A stretch of DNA of 64,000 nucleotides from a virus. Taxonomy: Duplodnaviria > Caudoviricetes. Below the pieces are notes generated by a model, which saw only the letters and a list, made by a program, of their open reading frames with translations, had not been told where the DNA came from and searched no databases. Position 1 is the stretch's first letter. Every line of letters starts with the position of its first letter. Shown one piece after another: positions 1 through 11,579 of this stretch. The DNA is taken from positions 1 to 64,000 of IMG/VR virus record IMGVR_UViG_3300029305_002733; one strand, 5' to 3'. A program made the position numbers and the translations under genes.

Positions 1-107
1 TCAAAATGAAGGACATTCTTCATCTTCTTGCCACATTTCCTACAAAGCATATCTTTCGTTCCTTTCCAAATAATGGTTTTAATTATGTCTAGTTACCTTG
101 TGAGTTA

Positions 108-136
108 AATATAACATAAGAAAAATAAAATGTCAA
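108..136 (-). promoter_or_regulatory. sigmaA-type promoter TTGACA-17-TATATT, flanked by 17-bp operator-like motifs at 78-94 and 147-163
   Basis: Reverse complement of tgtcaa at 131-136 and aatata at 108-113, 17-bp spacing. Confidence 0.7.
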
Positions 137-147
137 TACCTGTTTAT

Positions 148-342
148 TTAATTTTGCGTAGTTAAATAATCTTCTTCTAATGCCTGTCTAGTAGACTCTT
201 CCATTTTCTGTTGTTGAATAGTCCGATTACTTAAGCACCAACTACAAGTACCATGGTTCCGGCAGGAACAATCAAATGCCTTAGAACCGATATAAGGTTT
301 TCTTTTTTCTTTACCATGCTCAATAGCTTTATCAAGACTCAT
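148..342 (-). CDS. small Cys/His-rich phage hypothetical protein
   Basis: 64-aa ORF with GAGG SD; CxCxxHGxCxxC pattern. Confidence 0.75.
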   Translation of the reverse strand: MSLDKAIEHGKEKRKPYIGSKAFDCSCRNHGTCSWCLSNRTIQQQKMEESTRQALEEDYLTTQN

Positions 343-368
343 AACTACTACCTCTTTTTTAATTATAT

Positions 369-1082
369 CTAGTTTAAAATATTGGTAGAATTATTGTAAG
401 ACCATTCACCAAAATATTTCTCTTCAGCTTCTTTACGAACTTTAACTGCATCTTCAAGTTTATCAAACGATCCCAAATGTTCACGCATAATATAGGCGAC
501 CCATTTTTGAGATTTTTTATTCCAAGTTACTCCCGTAGTTCCGGACGAGTTATTTATTTGTAACCCTTTATTCCAATTATTGTGTTGTGGGCTAAGAGAT
601 TTTAAATTTTCTTTTCTATTGTCTTTTCTATTACGATTAAAATGGTCTACTTGTATTTCTGGGTTGTTTTCGTCCATAATAAGTCGATGCATTATGATAT
701 ATTCATCATCACATGTACTATACATATATCCATTACTATTGGTACTCCAACAATAATCTTTAATTCTGTCATAGTCTTCTAAATCAAAATAGAATTCCTC
801 ATTATCATTAGATGAATATCCTATTCCATAATCCCCACTCAAATCATAAGTGTTATATTTCTTATTTGCTTTATTACGTTCTTTCATAAATTCTTTATGA
901 ACACAACCACACGATTTAAGAAGAACTGCTGTTTTTCTAAGACTTGCTCCACGCATTGTAATAAAATTTCCACATTCACATTTGCATAACCATCTGGAAT
1001 TACCTGAGTTAGTATTTTCTTCTCGTCTTATTACAGTTAATAACCCAAACTTTTGACCAGTTAAATCAATACATTCACCCAT
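369..1082 (-). CDS. HNH homing endonuclease with C-terminal AP2-like DNA-binding domain
   Basis: DLTGQKFGLLTV..WLCKCECG N-terminus, VDHFNRNRKDNRKENL HNH motif, SGTTGVTW..KWVAYI..HLGSF AP2-like tail. Confidence 0.85.
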   Translation of the reverse strand: MGECIDLTGQKFGLLTVIRREENTNSGNSRWLCKCECGNFITMRGASLRKTAVLLKSCGCVHKEFMKERNKANKKYNTYDLSGDYGIGYSSNDNEEFYFDLEDYDRIKDYCWSTNSNGYMYSTCDDEYIIMHRLIMDENNPEIQVDHFNRNRKDNRKENLKSLSPQHNNWNKGLQINNSSGTTGVTWNKKSQKWVAYIMREHLGSFDKLEDAVKVRKEAEEKYFGEWSYNNSTNILN

Positions 1083-2469
1083 TTTTCAACTGCTCCTTAT
1101 ACTGTCTGATTACTTCGTGAGTGATAATGGTCATATTCGGTTTGGCTTGAGAGTATGTATCCCACTTTTCGTAGTTATTAATATCGGTTTCAAAGGCATC
1201 ACCAATACTGACCTCATATTCTCGCCTTCCATATTCCTGCCAAGCAATCGTCCTATTAATTTCCTCAACCAAGGCTTCAAATCCGTATAAAGCAATTTCT
1301 TCTTTTCCTAAGAATTTATTTTCGTATTGAACGATATGTTTGAATTTCTTAGGTGCTCTCAGATATTTTCTTACTGCCTTTTCAGTCCATTCCTGAACAC
1401 GAATATTGTTGAAGATATTATACATAATAACTTTCTTTTTATTACAATCATAATTCAAAACATAAAATTCAAACTGCATTATTTACCTCCGTAAAAATTA
1501 TTACATTGTGCCCATTGTTCTGGAGTTAATTTTCTCATTGATAATTCGTACACATCTCCATTATTTATATGTACAAATACTCTCCTTCTATCAGTCCATG
1601 TTTCTTCTTCTATTGTTTCAACATATTCCAGTGCATAATTACTATCTCCCGGAGAATAAAAACTTTCATCAAAACAGCTTCCATTACGTTCCGTATCATA
1701 AAAAGCAACTTGTAGTTCTTTCACTCTGCATTTACCATTATTGTCGTACCACATTATCTCACCTCCGGATCAAATTCTGTATTTATTCACCGTATTTAAC
1801 ATATCTTTCAAACGCTTCTATAAAAGCATCTCTACTCATAACCTTGTGGGCATATTCAGTATATACTTCACCGAACTGGTCATATTCAAATATTTTCTCA
1901 TAGATGCCATCCGGTTCCACAAAGTATTTTGGTTCGCTGCGAGAAACAGTGTAACGTAACGTAGCTTCTTTTGCCAGTTCTAAAGGCATTGTAATATTCT
2001 TACCATTGTAATATAATTCGTTTGTTGACATATATCCTCCAATCATCAAATGCTGCTTTTATCAATCCACATAATCCGTAAATTCTTTTCTACAACATAA
2101 GCACTTTACTGTTTGACACTCTACTATACCACTTGGTAAAAATTCAAACACAAACTGTTCGCCTGCTGTTGCACGAGATACACAACCTTGCTCTCTATGC
2201 TTTTCTATCCACTTATCTATTTTTTTACTTGTTTCAAATTTCATACCTTCACCTCGAATCCGAATAAAACTTTGTTTTTATTTATCCAAAGGACATTCAT
2301 CAGGACAATCCGTACACATCGGACAACAACCAAATATTTCTGCGTACTGTCTTCCAACTATATTTTGAATATCATCAATAATGTCATCAGCCAACTCTTC
2401 AATAGTAATGTCTGCATGAACATTCAGGTCGTATAAATCTTGTATTAATTTATCTCTAAACTCTTTCAT
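1075..2469 (-). CDS. five small hypothetical phage ORFs (1075-1479, 1479-1754, 1783-2049, 2062-2244, 2278-2469)
   Basis: Tightly packed co-oriented ORFs, most with GGAGG-type SD; no recognisable domains. Confidence 0.7.
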
Positions 2470-2501
2470 AATTCCTCCGAATCAAAGATTTATTTTATTT
2501 A

Positions 2502-3071
2502 CTATTCATTTAAAATTTGAATTGCTTGTCTGATATGTTTATTAGCCAAACCACTCCACTTCATCTCGGAACAAGCAATGTAACCCTCATAATCTTTATG
2601 CGAAGTTTTAACTAAATGGTTGTCTGCAAACATTTGCAAATCCGCATCTTCATCATCCAAAATGACATAATTCTCAATTTCATACCTATGTTCTGATAAC
2701 CAAGCCATTATCTCATCTTCTCTTTTATAAGATGTTTCAAGTTTTGGTGTTTTTCCAATTACTTCAATATGATACTTATCCATCAAGTCCCAAAATAGTT
2801 TATTCCTGTCAAGGTCATAATGTCTTTTCCCAGTGTGATGAAGCAACCCATTTCTCCAAGAAGATGATAAGACAACTTTCGCACCGGTTTTCTTGCAAAT
2901 CTTACCCAATCGTTTTACACGTCTCTTATCCACATTCGTATAATGAGATTTTGATCTAATGAAATCTTTTATCTTCTTAGACGGAATGATGTTCCATATG
3001 TTATATTTTACATATTCGGAAAAATCCCATCCATTTAAGACTCCATCAATATCCAAAAATACAATCTTCAT
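2502..3071 (-). CDS. HAD-superfamily phosphatase, Swiss-Army-Knife RNA-repair type (HAD_SAK_2-like)
   Basis: KIVFLDIDGVLN motif I, VVLSSSWR motif II, YVILDD motif IV. Confidence 0.85.
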   Translation of the reverse strand: MKIVFLDIDGVLNGWDFSEYVKYNIWNIIPSKKIKDFIRSKSHYTNVDKRRVKRLGKICKKTGAKVVLSSSWRNGLLHHTGKRHYDLDRNKLFWDLMDKYHIEVIGKTPKLETSYKREDEIMAWLSEHRYEIENYVILDDEDADLQMFADNHLVKTSHKDYEGYIACSEMKWSGLANKHIRQAIQILNE

Positions 3072-3096
3072 TCTTCCTCCAATTCAAATGTTAATT

Positions 3097-4870
3097 TTAT
3101 TTACCCAATTCTTCTCTTCCACGAATACCTAATAACCAATATTCATACTGTTTTTCTGTAAGTCCCAAATATTCTATTGCAGATAATCCTGTATCTGAGT
3201 CGTGCCAATCATCCATTGCATCTAACAATAATGTTTCTATGGCAATCTCAGTAGCAGTTTTATATGCACCATCTGTAATTTCAGGAACATGCGACATTAA
3301 AACTTTTGCTGCCAAAATATTATTCATAATTATATATCCTCCAAATAAAATATTAGTTTGAAGGAATTACCACTCGTAATCCCAATTAATTAATTTTCCA
3401 ATACAAATATCCCATTTCCCAAGAGCAATCATGAAATAAATTTGATCATAATCTTTACAAAAGAATGCGCCTATATGCCAACGCTTACCATGTTCTTTTT
3501 CAATTGAAAACCATTTATACTTTCTCTGCTTCTCTTCCATCTTTATTCCTCCATCAACTTAGCCTTAACTACGTTTCTAACTTCATCCAGGATATTGTCG
3601 CAGCTACCACGAGAAGAAATCCATTCGCCATTCAGGTACAGGTCGTACACATTGTCTCCACGCAGCTTAATCTTAATATCAAAATTCATAACAGTTTCAT
3701 TATTCATAGTTCTTGTCCTCCAGTTTAATCGTTTACATCAAGCACTCGAATATTTGATATCCCGTAGGCAGTACCATTTAACATTTCTTTCAGCATATCT
3801 GCTACTTCTTCATCTTCTGCGATATCATCTCCATCAATCCAAAAGTCTAATTGCACTGTATAAGTCATAATTTAATCCTCCGATCAAAGTAAAGTTTTAT
3901 TTACCTAAATGTCTATGAATATGATTAGCCAAATCAAGTAAATATTCTTTGGCTCTGTCACTACTTCTTGCTACCGAGAATGCATATACATCATCACGCT
4001 CAGCGTTAAGCATTACTTCATCAATACATCTGTCAATAATAAACATTATTTTTTCTTGATTTTCATATGCTTTGTTATCATAATTTGTTTCTTGAATAGG
4101 GTGAATCTCACCTGTCATCTTAAATAAAACTTCCGAGATTGCTTCATTATCTAACATACTTTCTCTCCTTCCAATCAAAGCAAAATTTGATTTAATCTTT
4201 TTCACTAAAACCACAGAATATCCACACCAAAAACCAGAACAGTTCGTTCAGCGGATATGTGGTATCAAATATCTCCATAAATGGCATATTACAAACATCT
4301 AAAATCCAAAATATTGTAATTGCCGTTTTTATTAACCATATTAAACTCATATACTAATAACACTCCTCAAACAGAATTAATTCTGGTTTTATAAAACGAG
4401 CTTCTTCACTAATAATTCCATAATCTATTAGATGATTTAAGTGACTTATTGCTTCAGCCTTACCAGTTACTAAATCATCATCACTAATACTAACAGAGCA
4501 ACCTTCAAACTGTCGTCCCTTAGCAAATATGTAGCCAAGATATAAATGACAACCGCTCATAGGATCGTCGAAAATCTGTGTCCTTCCTGGAATCTGATTG
4601 CAGGAATATTTCTCTCCTTCACTAGACCACTTCCAGTCCTCAAACTTATCTGTATCCATACCGGTTAAATTGTAACCATAAATTAAATAATGTCTACTTT
4701 CTACGCTCATTTACCAAATCTCCTTTCGTTCATTATCTGCATTCAAGTCGCAAACTATAATGCACTCACCTGTCTGAGAATCTTCTATGTAAACCTTGTC
4801 GTGTTTTACGAAGGTATTAAATGTTCCGTTCCTCAGTTCGGTTCTAAGTTCCACTAAATCAATCATTATT
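3097..4870 (-). CDS. run of small hypothetical ORFs (3097-3327, three untracked ~45-60 aa ORFs in 3365-3868, 3897-4157, a ~52-aa membrane ORF ~4190-4350, 4354-4710, ~4710-4866)
   Basis: Co-oriented ORFs with SD; several translated by hand from the minus strand. Confidence 0.6.
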
Positions 4871-4881
4871 TACTTCTCCTA

Positions 4882-4910
4882 TTGAAAATTTCGTTATATT
4901 ATTGTATAAT
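4882..4910 (+). promoter_or_regulatory. sigmaA promoter TTGAAA-17-TATAAT for the plus-strand gene
   Basis: ttgaaa 4882-4887, tataat 4905-4910. Confidence 0.7.
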
Positions 4911-4938
4911 TTCTCCATCACACTAAAGAGGATTTATT

Positions 4939-5223
4939 ATGAAAAGCATTAAAGAATACTGTTACGGATTCCATGCCAAAGGTGGCGACTTAATTGTATA
5001 CGGAGACAATGTAAAGATATGCAGGCAGTATATGGATACTCTAACACCTGATTGTATTGAAGATGTGTGTGAATACTGTTCACAACACGATATTCGGATA
5101 TTCCATAAATTCGACCGTTCTATTGGTGGATTAATATCTCTTATAGAAGTCTACATTCTTACTAAAAAATATAATGTTCATAGTTCATTTAAAGAATTAG
5201 TACAGTATCTTGAATCCGAGTGA
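4939..5223 (+). CDS. counter-oriented hypothetical protein (moron or cassette)
   Basis: 94-aa ORF with AGAGGA SD and its own promoter, in a gap between minus-strand genes. Confidence 0.75.
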   Translation: MKSIKEYCYGFHAKGGDLIVYGDNVKICRQYMDTLTPDCIEDVCEYCSQHDIRIFHKFDRSIGGLISLIEVYILTKKYNVHSSFKELVQYLESE

Positions 5224-5240
5224 TAAAAGAGTTGTTTGAT

Positions 5241-8200
5241 TTAGTATAATTTCAAACTTAATTCTTCTAAATCTGCTTTGATTCTATCTATTTCTGTAAG
5301 TCCGGTAATATCATTTAATAAATCTATAATGTCATTTACATCACTTTCAATATCGTTAATGACATCTATAACTGCGCTTTCTGGAATAAGATTTTCTTTT
5401 CCATCATCATATCCAAATTCAACCAATTCGCTATACGCAAATCCATTGCCTGTTATTGCTTTTCTGTACTCACTTCTGTTTGACATATGTTCACCTCTAC
5501 TTCCTATATAATTGGTAAATCTTCGTTTATGTACCCCGGAATCACACCGCAAAACAAATTAGTAACATGTTTACATCTAGGGCACTCAATTGCATGCCAG
5601 TCTTTATATTGTGGAGTTTTAATATACAGGGTATATCCACATTCGCAGAATGCTGCGGAATATCCTTCCATCTCTCTTGTTCCTTCTCCATAACTAGGTT
5701 TAGTTATAACTTCATCACCTTTATACATATATTCCTCCAATCAAAGAACTGTTTGGTCTATACTGTTCTCATATACATTTTGTCTATCTCAACATGGCTA
5801 TTGCAGTCTGGGCACACGATGTATTTTATAAAATTACAATCTCGTTGACTAATATAATATTCTTTCTCCTTAATATCTTCTGTTGTATATTTCAATTTCG
5901 CATCACAGAAATCACAACTTATAATATTTTTATTTCCGTGTTCAATTACTTCTACCATACTATGTTTCACTCCAATCCAATCTCTGCCCACAATCTGAGC
6001 AATAATCACTTTCCCAATCATTAATTCCGTACTCGAAATCATGCCCACATATCGGACACTTTGCATAGTCATAACACAAAAGTCCGTCTGCATATCCATC
6101 AGCAATATAATCCGGTCTCATCGGTGTCTGTTTATCCAATGCATTTTTAATGATTGTCAACGCACTATCTACGTCAACGCACTTCCACTTTAAGTGTGGA
6201 TTTGCAACAATATGTAATGCTTCTTTATTTGTCATATCTATTCTCCAATCAAATGAAAATTTGGTTTATCCTACCAACTTCCTATACAGTTCATCTGCTT
6301 CTTTCTCTTTGAAAACCTTTAATATTTTCGGAGGATTAACACGAGATACCATTAATAAGGAAATGTCTCCGTTATATCCTTCCTCGTAGGCTATTGTTAA
6401 AAGATCTTCAATAGGTTTCTTACGTTCCGGCTTCTTATATTCCATTGCCGCAGCTTCTAACAAACCTTGCATTGTATCATCAAAAAATTTACTCATTATC
6501 CCTCCAGTAGTTTTAAAAACTGCACAAAGTAGTTCGTTTTTGCACTACTCTGTGTAAAAATTAAAATGGCGGTGCAAGGCTTCTCACCTACTGCAAACCT
6601 CTCATGGATGTCGCCATAGTTTTATGTGTTGGTATCCCACTCGTTCCATGTTGTAGAGTCCGTATTTTCTTTCGCAACTTTATCTTTGTTCAACCGCCAA
6701 TTTTATTTATTTAATAACTCCCATCCCTGATACCACATAGAATTTGAATTTGCATACTCTTTAATCAAGTTAAGCATTTCATCTTCTTCTGGGAAGAATG
6801 GGTCACGCTTCTTTGTTGAGTTAATCCAGCCCAACGCATTCATCATGAATTGGCCAAATCTCATATCTGGGAATGAATGTTTATGTATTTCTTTTAACTC
6901 CGCATAAAATGAATCTAATCTATTTACGTCTCTCATATTTTTCTCCGATCAAATTGATAATTGATGGTGTCTCTATATCCAATTTAAATTAACCTCATCG
7001 TTCTGAACTCTTTCAAGATCATGCTGCTTGCTTTTAATTTGACTCTGTAAAAAGTCAATCTCATCTTGGATACGTGCCAACACCTTTTCTTTATTTTTTA
7101 TAGCACCTTTTCTTACGTAGTATTTACCACCACAATACATTCCTCCACTGTCTGTTGCTACATGCCACCAGTCACCTTCATCATATTCCCAAATATGTTG
7201 ACCAGAATGTTTGTTTACTTCATCAAAGTCAAATAGGAATTCAAATTCATCAAAGTTCTCATCTGTTAATTCGATGTACTTATCATTGAAATATGTATCC
7301 ACCATATACCATGTATTATCAATTTCACCATGGCAAACTTTAAACGTCCAATTGAAGCAATGATACATATCATCCCAATATAATGAACTTCTGTATCTTT
7401 TATCTGGTTCATGGCGATACAAACCATGTATTACGATTTTATCTACATTTTCTTTTGATAACATTTTTCCTCCAACAACCAAACCGATATTTTATTTACC
7501 AAGATACAAAAACCATAAACTCATTTGGTTGTAATCTTGAATATTTCACTTCAAAATCATTTTCAACAAAATTTTCTAATGCTTTGTATAAACATTTTTC
7601 AAACAAAGGGTCTTCATCTTGTAGCTTTATAACCACATTATTCATTCCGTCTTTTGCAGCTTGTAAAATATCTTTTTCTATTTTTTCTTCATACTCTTTT
7701 ACCAACTCTTCATAAATTGGACGATACATTAATTTTCTAACTTCATCTGCATTAATCATAATTTATCCTCCGGCAATCAAATCAAACTTTTATTCACTTT
7801 TTGAATCAATATATTGTATGTACTGCTCATCTGTTATACATTATATGGTGGTTCGTATTTTTTGAACAACTCACCCATTGTCATGTTGTTATACTTAGCA
7901 AGATCCATGGCTAATGCGCAGACATTTCTAGGTTGCGAAGCTCCAACTACATTACAAAGATAACTAGTAAGACTTCTTTCGAAAATGTCATACTCATCTA
8001 CTTCATCTTCGTCATCCCATGTTTTGCCAGACCAACCTAACATCTCAAGTCCATTTACATAGACTTTTGTATCCGGTGCATCTAAAACACTACCTTCTGC
8101 ATGTCTCCACCACGCATTTTTTCCTGCAAGGTCAACAAACATTTCCTCAGTGATGTCGCACATATCTTTGAATAAGTTATCAGACACTTCCCAGACTTCA

Positions 8201-8849
8201 TATCTGTCACCTTTGTATGTACGCTGATGTCGTTCATATTCTTTATGGTCTGACATTCTAATCATAAAATTCATTAAATGATTTCCTAAAATCTCTACCA
8301 TATTAATTCTCCTATCAATTAAACTTTGGTTTACTCAACTACTTTTGCTTTCATAAATATGTATGCCAAAATTAAAGACTCAATAATAATTGTCAAATTA
8401 GCACATACAAGCTGCCATGCTGTAACCTCAACACCTCTTGCAACATCTACAATTGCCCAAAATGCAAATGCAGAGCAAAAACAAAAAATCCAATGTAATA
8501 CATTAAATCTGTTATTCCATCTCTTCTTATCTTTATCTGTCATATAATCCTCCTAACCATCAAACAAAACTTTGATTTACGCTTCATACGGTTCGAATGG
8601 CATCCATGCAATCACAGTACTTACAACTTTCATTCTTCTGCCGCCAGTACCATAAGAAAACCATATGTGCTCAACCTTATCTCTCTTCGAGCCACATTCT
8701 CTTCTTGTATATGTAGCAACGAAATTGTCTCCTTTTTTGGTTTGAATCAATACTTCTTCAGAAGTATATGTTGCAAGATACTCACTACAATAATCTAATT
8801 CTGCATCTGGATATCTCTCACTACATAAAATCCAATCTTCTTTACTCAT
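5241..8849 (-). CDS. array of small hypothetical ORFs, including Zn-ribbon protein 5960-6235, membrane protein 8331-8543 and DUF551-like 8577-8849
   Basis: CPICG..CSDCGQRLDW motif; two hydrophobic segments; WILCSERYP..VIAWMPF pattern; most ORFs bounded by 7-6-7 sites. Confidence 0.65.
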
Positions 8850-8928
8850 TATATTTCCTCCCGATCAAACTCAGTTTTTATTCACCTTTTCATTCAATAT
8901 CTTGTATCTTTATTCATACACCACCACA

Positions 8929-10026
8929 TTATGTAGTGGTGTAATCTGTGAACTTCATGTCGAGGTATCTGGAAATCTCCGGATGCTCTCTTTCGAAGTC
9001 TAAAATGTATCTATTACATGCACTTGCCTCTCCATTTGCCACACCAAACTCTCTCAAAGACTTCTTCTTAAAGAAGCTTGGCTGGTTACACCATCTGGCA
9101 ATACTGATATACAATCCTCTATACGGTGATTCTTCATATCTATTAAATCTCATTATGTAAGGGAGACACTTGTACTTCATAAGAATCTCAATTCTCTTGA
9201 AGATATCAAAAATATCTTGTGTCCAGAAATCACTATCCCACTTATCTGCTCTGTCAAATCCACAGAATACATAGAATTTCGGGATCTTGTCTGTATGTTT
9301 ACGCAACAACTGTAACTTTCTTTCAATCAATTCTGCATCTGCTACGTTGTCAAATGCGAAAATGTATTCGCCATCATATCTGCTCTTGAATAACATCTCA
9401 CACTTTTCTTCAGTAAGAATTCTTTCATCAAGACCTTGCTTAAATTGGAACTGCTTACCGGTTGCTTGTAACTGTTCCAGAAGGTTCTTCCAATTCGGAC
9501 AACCTAAGAAGTTATCATCCAATAAACAAATCTTCTTGCGAGATTCATCAACAAACTCGCTCAGAGGACTATGTTCTTCGACTTTCTTGTAGTTTCTATT
9601 CACACAAAACTCACACTGTCTGAAGCATCCTCTTGTGACAAATCCAATTGAGTAGTCAAGATAATACTTAAAGTCTACTCTCTTACCACCATTTTCTAAC
9701 TGTTCATTCACCCATTCATCATAGAGATGATAGTCAGGCATATGATGTTCTACTTCATTTGGAAGCTTCGGAGCTTTGTCATAATAAAATCCGGTGCCAC
9801 CATATTCTACGTTAGGTAAATTTAATACCTCTTCATCTATTGGAGTGTCAGTAAATACTTTTGAAATGAACACCTTATCGTACTGATCGAGGTTGTCATA
9901 ATCCATCTTTAGTTCTACGTCTGCTCCGAGTTCCTTATAATAACCAGATAATTTCATACAAGCCAGATTAGGAAATCTATGCTTGTTACGTCCTATCAAG
10001 TCAGCATCAATAATTGCTATCTTCAT
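8929..10026 (-). CDS. radical SAM protein
   Basis: TRGCFRQCEFC (CxxxCxxC), LLDDNFLG, FKQGLDERIL; N-terminal KIAIIDAD..FPNLACMKL segment. Confidence 0.85.
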   Translation of the reverse strand: MKIAIIDADLIGRNKHRFPNLACMKLSGYYKELGADVELKMDYDNLDQYDKVFISKVFTDTPIDEEVLNLPNVEYGGTGFYYDKAPKLPNEVEHHMPDYHLYDEWVNEQLENGGKRVDFKYYLDYSIGFVTRGCFRQCEFCVNRNYKKVEEHSPLSEFVDESRKKICLLDDNFLGCPNWKNLLEQLQATGKQFQFKQGLDERILTEEKCEMLFKSRYDGEYIFAFDNVADAELIERKLQLLRKHTDKIPKFYVFCGFDRADKWDSDFWTQDIFDIFKRIEILMKYKCLPYIMRFNRYEESPYRGLYISIARWCNQPSFFKKKSLREFGVANGEASACNRYILDFEREHPEISRYLDMKFTDYTTT

Positions 10027-10119
10027 TAGTAATCAGGAGTAAATCATGATTTGTCCTGCGCAGAAACCTCTTACTCCTTTCGTTTAATTTTGTTTAGTTT
10101 AGAACCCAATCAAATCGGG

Positions 10120-11528
10120 TTTCTATCTTGTACAACTCACTTCATCAATATCTGTCCAAATAATTAAATCACCGTCTGCATCGCAGCCAAATCCATTAAA
10201 TCTTCCAACATAATTGCCTTTTCCTTCTACGGAAGCAACGATATATATATTTTTTTCTCTTAATTTATTTTCTATTTCTCTCATTTCTGCTATTGTCATC
10301 ATTAATTCCTCCTTTAAACTAGGCTAATACTCCCAATGTCCATATGCAAAACTTCCTAAATATCTACCACAGTTTTTGCAATATAAACTATATTCAACTT
10401 CAACAAAGACACCACCAATATCTTCCTTATAAATATTTCTCTGCTCCGTTTCTTTACAACCACATTCACAAGTTAATGGTAAATCTTCCATTTTTAATCC
10501 TCCACCAAATCTGCTTTCTATTTTTTGAACTTTTCATAATCAATAAGCTCGAACTCGTCATATACATTTGGAATAAAGATTCCTACCCAAAAATTATCTT
10601 GCGCATTCTGCCTATATATAATTGTTTCATTCCATTCCTGAACTTCATCAAGAACTTCTTTACTCAATAAACCAAATTCATCTTTACAAGCATCACTTTC
10701 AATCTTATATACAATTGCTTTATATGTTTCTCTCTGTTTTTCAAGATCAGCATCTAAAGTTACATAATTCACCATAATTATCAGTAATAAAACGGCAGTT
10801 ATAATTCCTGATATAGTTACCACGAAAGAACCAATATCTTCCCAATGGTAATCTCCATAAATCGTAACTAATACTCCAACAATTAATAAAATAACAAAAA
10901 TCCAAAATATCATATTTACTTACCTCCAAATCAAATCTGTTTTCTATTCATGGTACTCTGTCATCTTTGCTACTTCTTCGTTACTGAAACTCCACTGCCA
11001 TTCGTGATAAAAATCATCAATTACTGTTTTGTTATCAACAATTCCAACATCAACAGATAAAATATTGTTAAGTGGATACATTGTTCCATTATTATCCAAA
11101 ATATAACCTTGGCTAATTATGTCGCATCTTCTATCATCTTCAACATTAATTCTGTCATAATCTAACCACTTAGAACGGTAGCCGATATGCTTCTCGCCGT
11201 CTATAGTAGTAAATACAACTCCGGTTTTAACCAAGGTCATTGTCTTTGGCTTTTTATCTTTTTTCTTCCAAAACATATTTTCACTCCCGACCAAATTTAT
11301 TTTTTATTTTGTCTCCATTCCCATATTTAAGCAGCACCATCCACCAGTCCAGAACAAGATACTACCTACCCACCATTGCCAAGTTGTTATCTGATACCCT
11401 ATTGATGGAAAGAACATTCCTACTAGAGCACAGATAATCCACCATCCAATTGTATATATTTTCTTTCTACTTATTTTTTCTCCCAACCAAATCTCGAATT
11501 TATTTCTTATGTCCAATATACTAAACAA
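10120..11528 (-). CDS. five small ORFs (~10123-10300, ~10320-10490 Zn-finger-like, 10518-10913 membrane, 10944-11276, 11304-11528 membrane)
   Basis: SD-led ORFs; hydrophobic N-terminal segments in 10518-10913 and 11304-11528. Confidence 0.65.
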
Positions 11529-11579
11529 AACCTCATATTCTGTTTAGCATATTGAACGTTACAATTTAATTATATCTAG

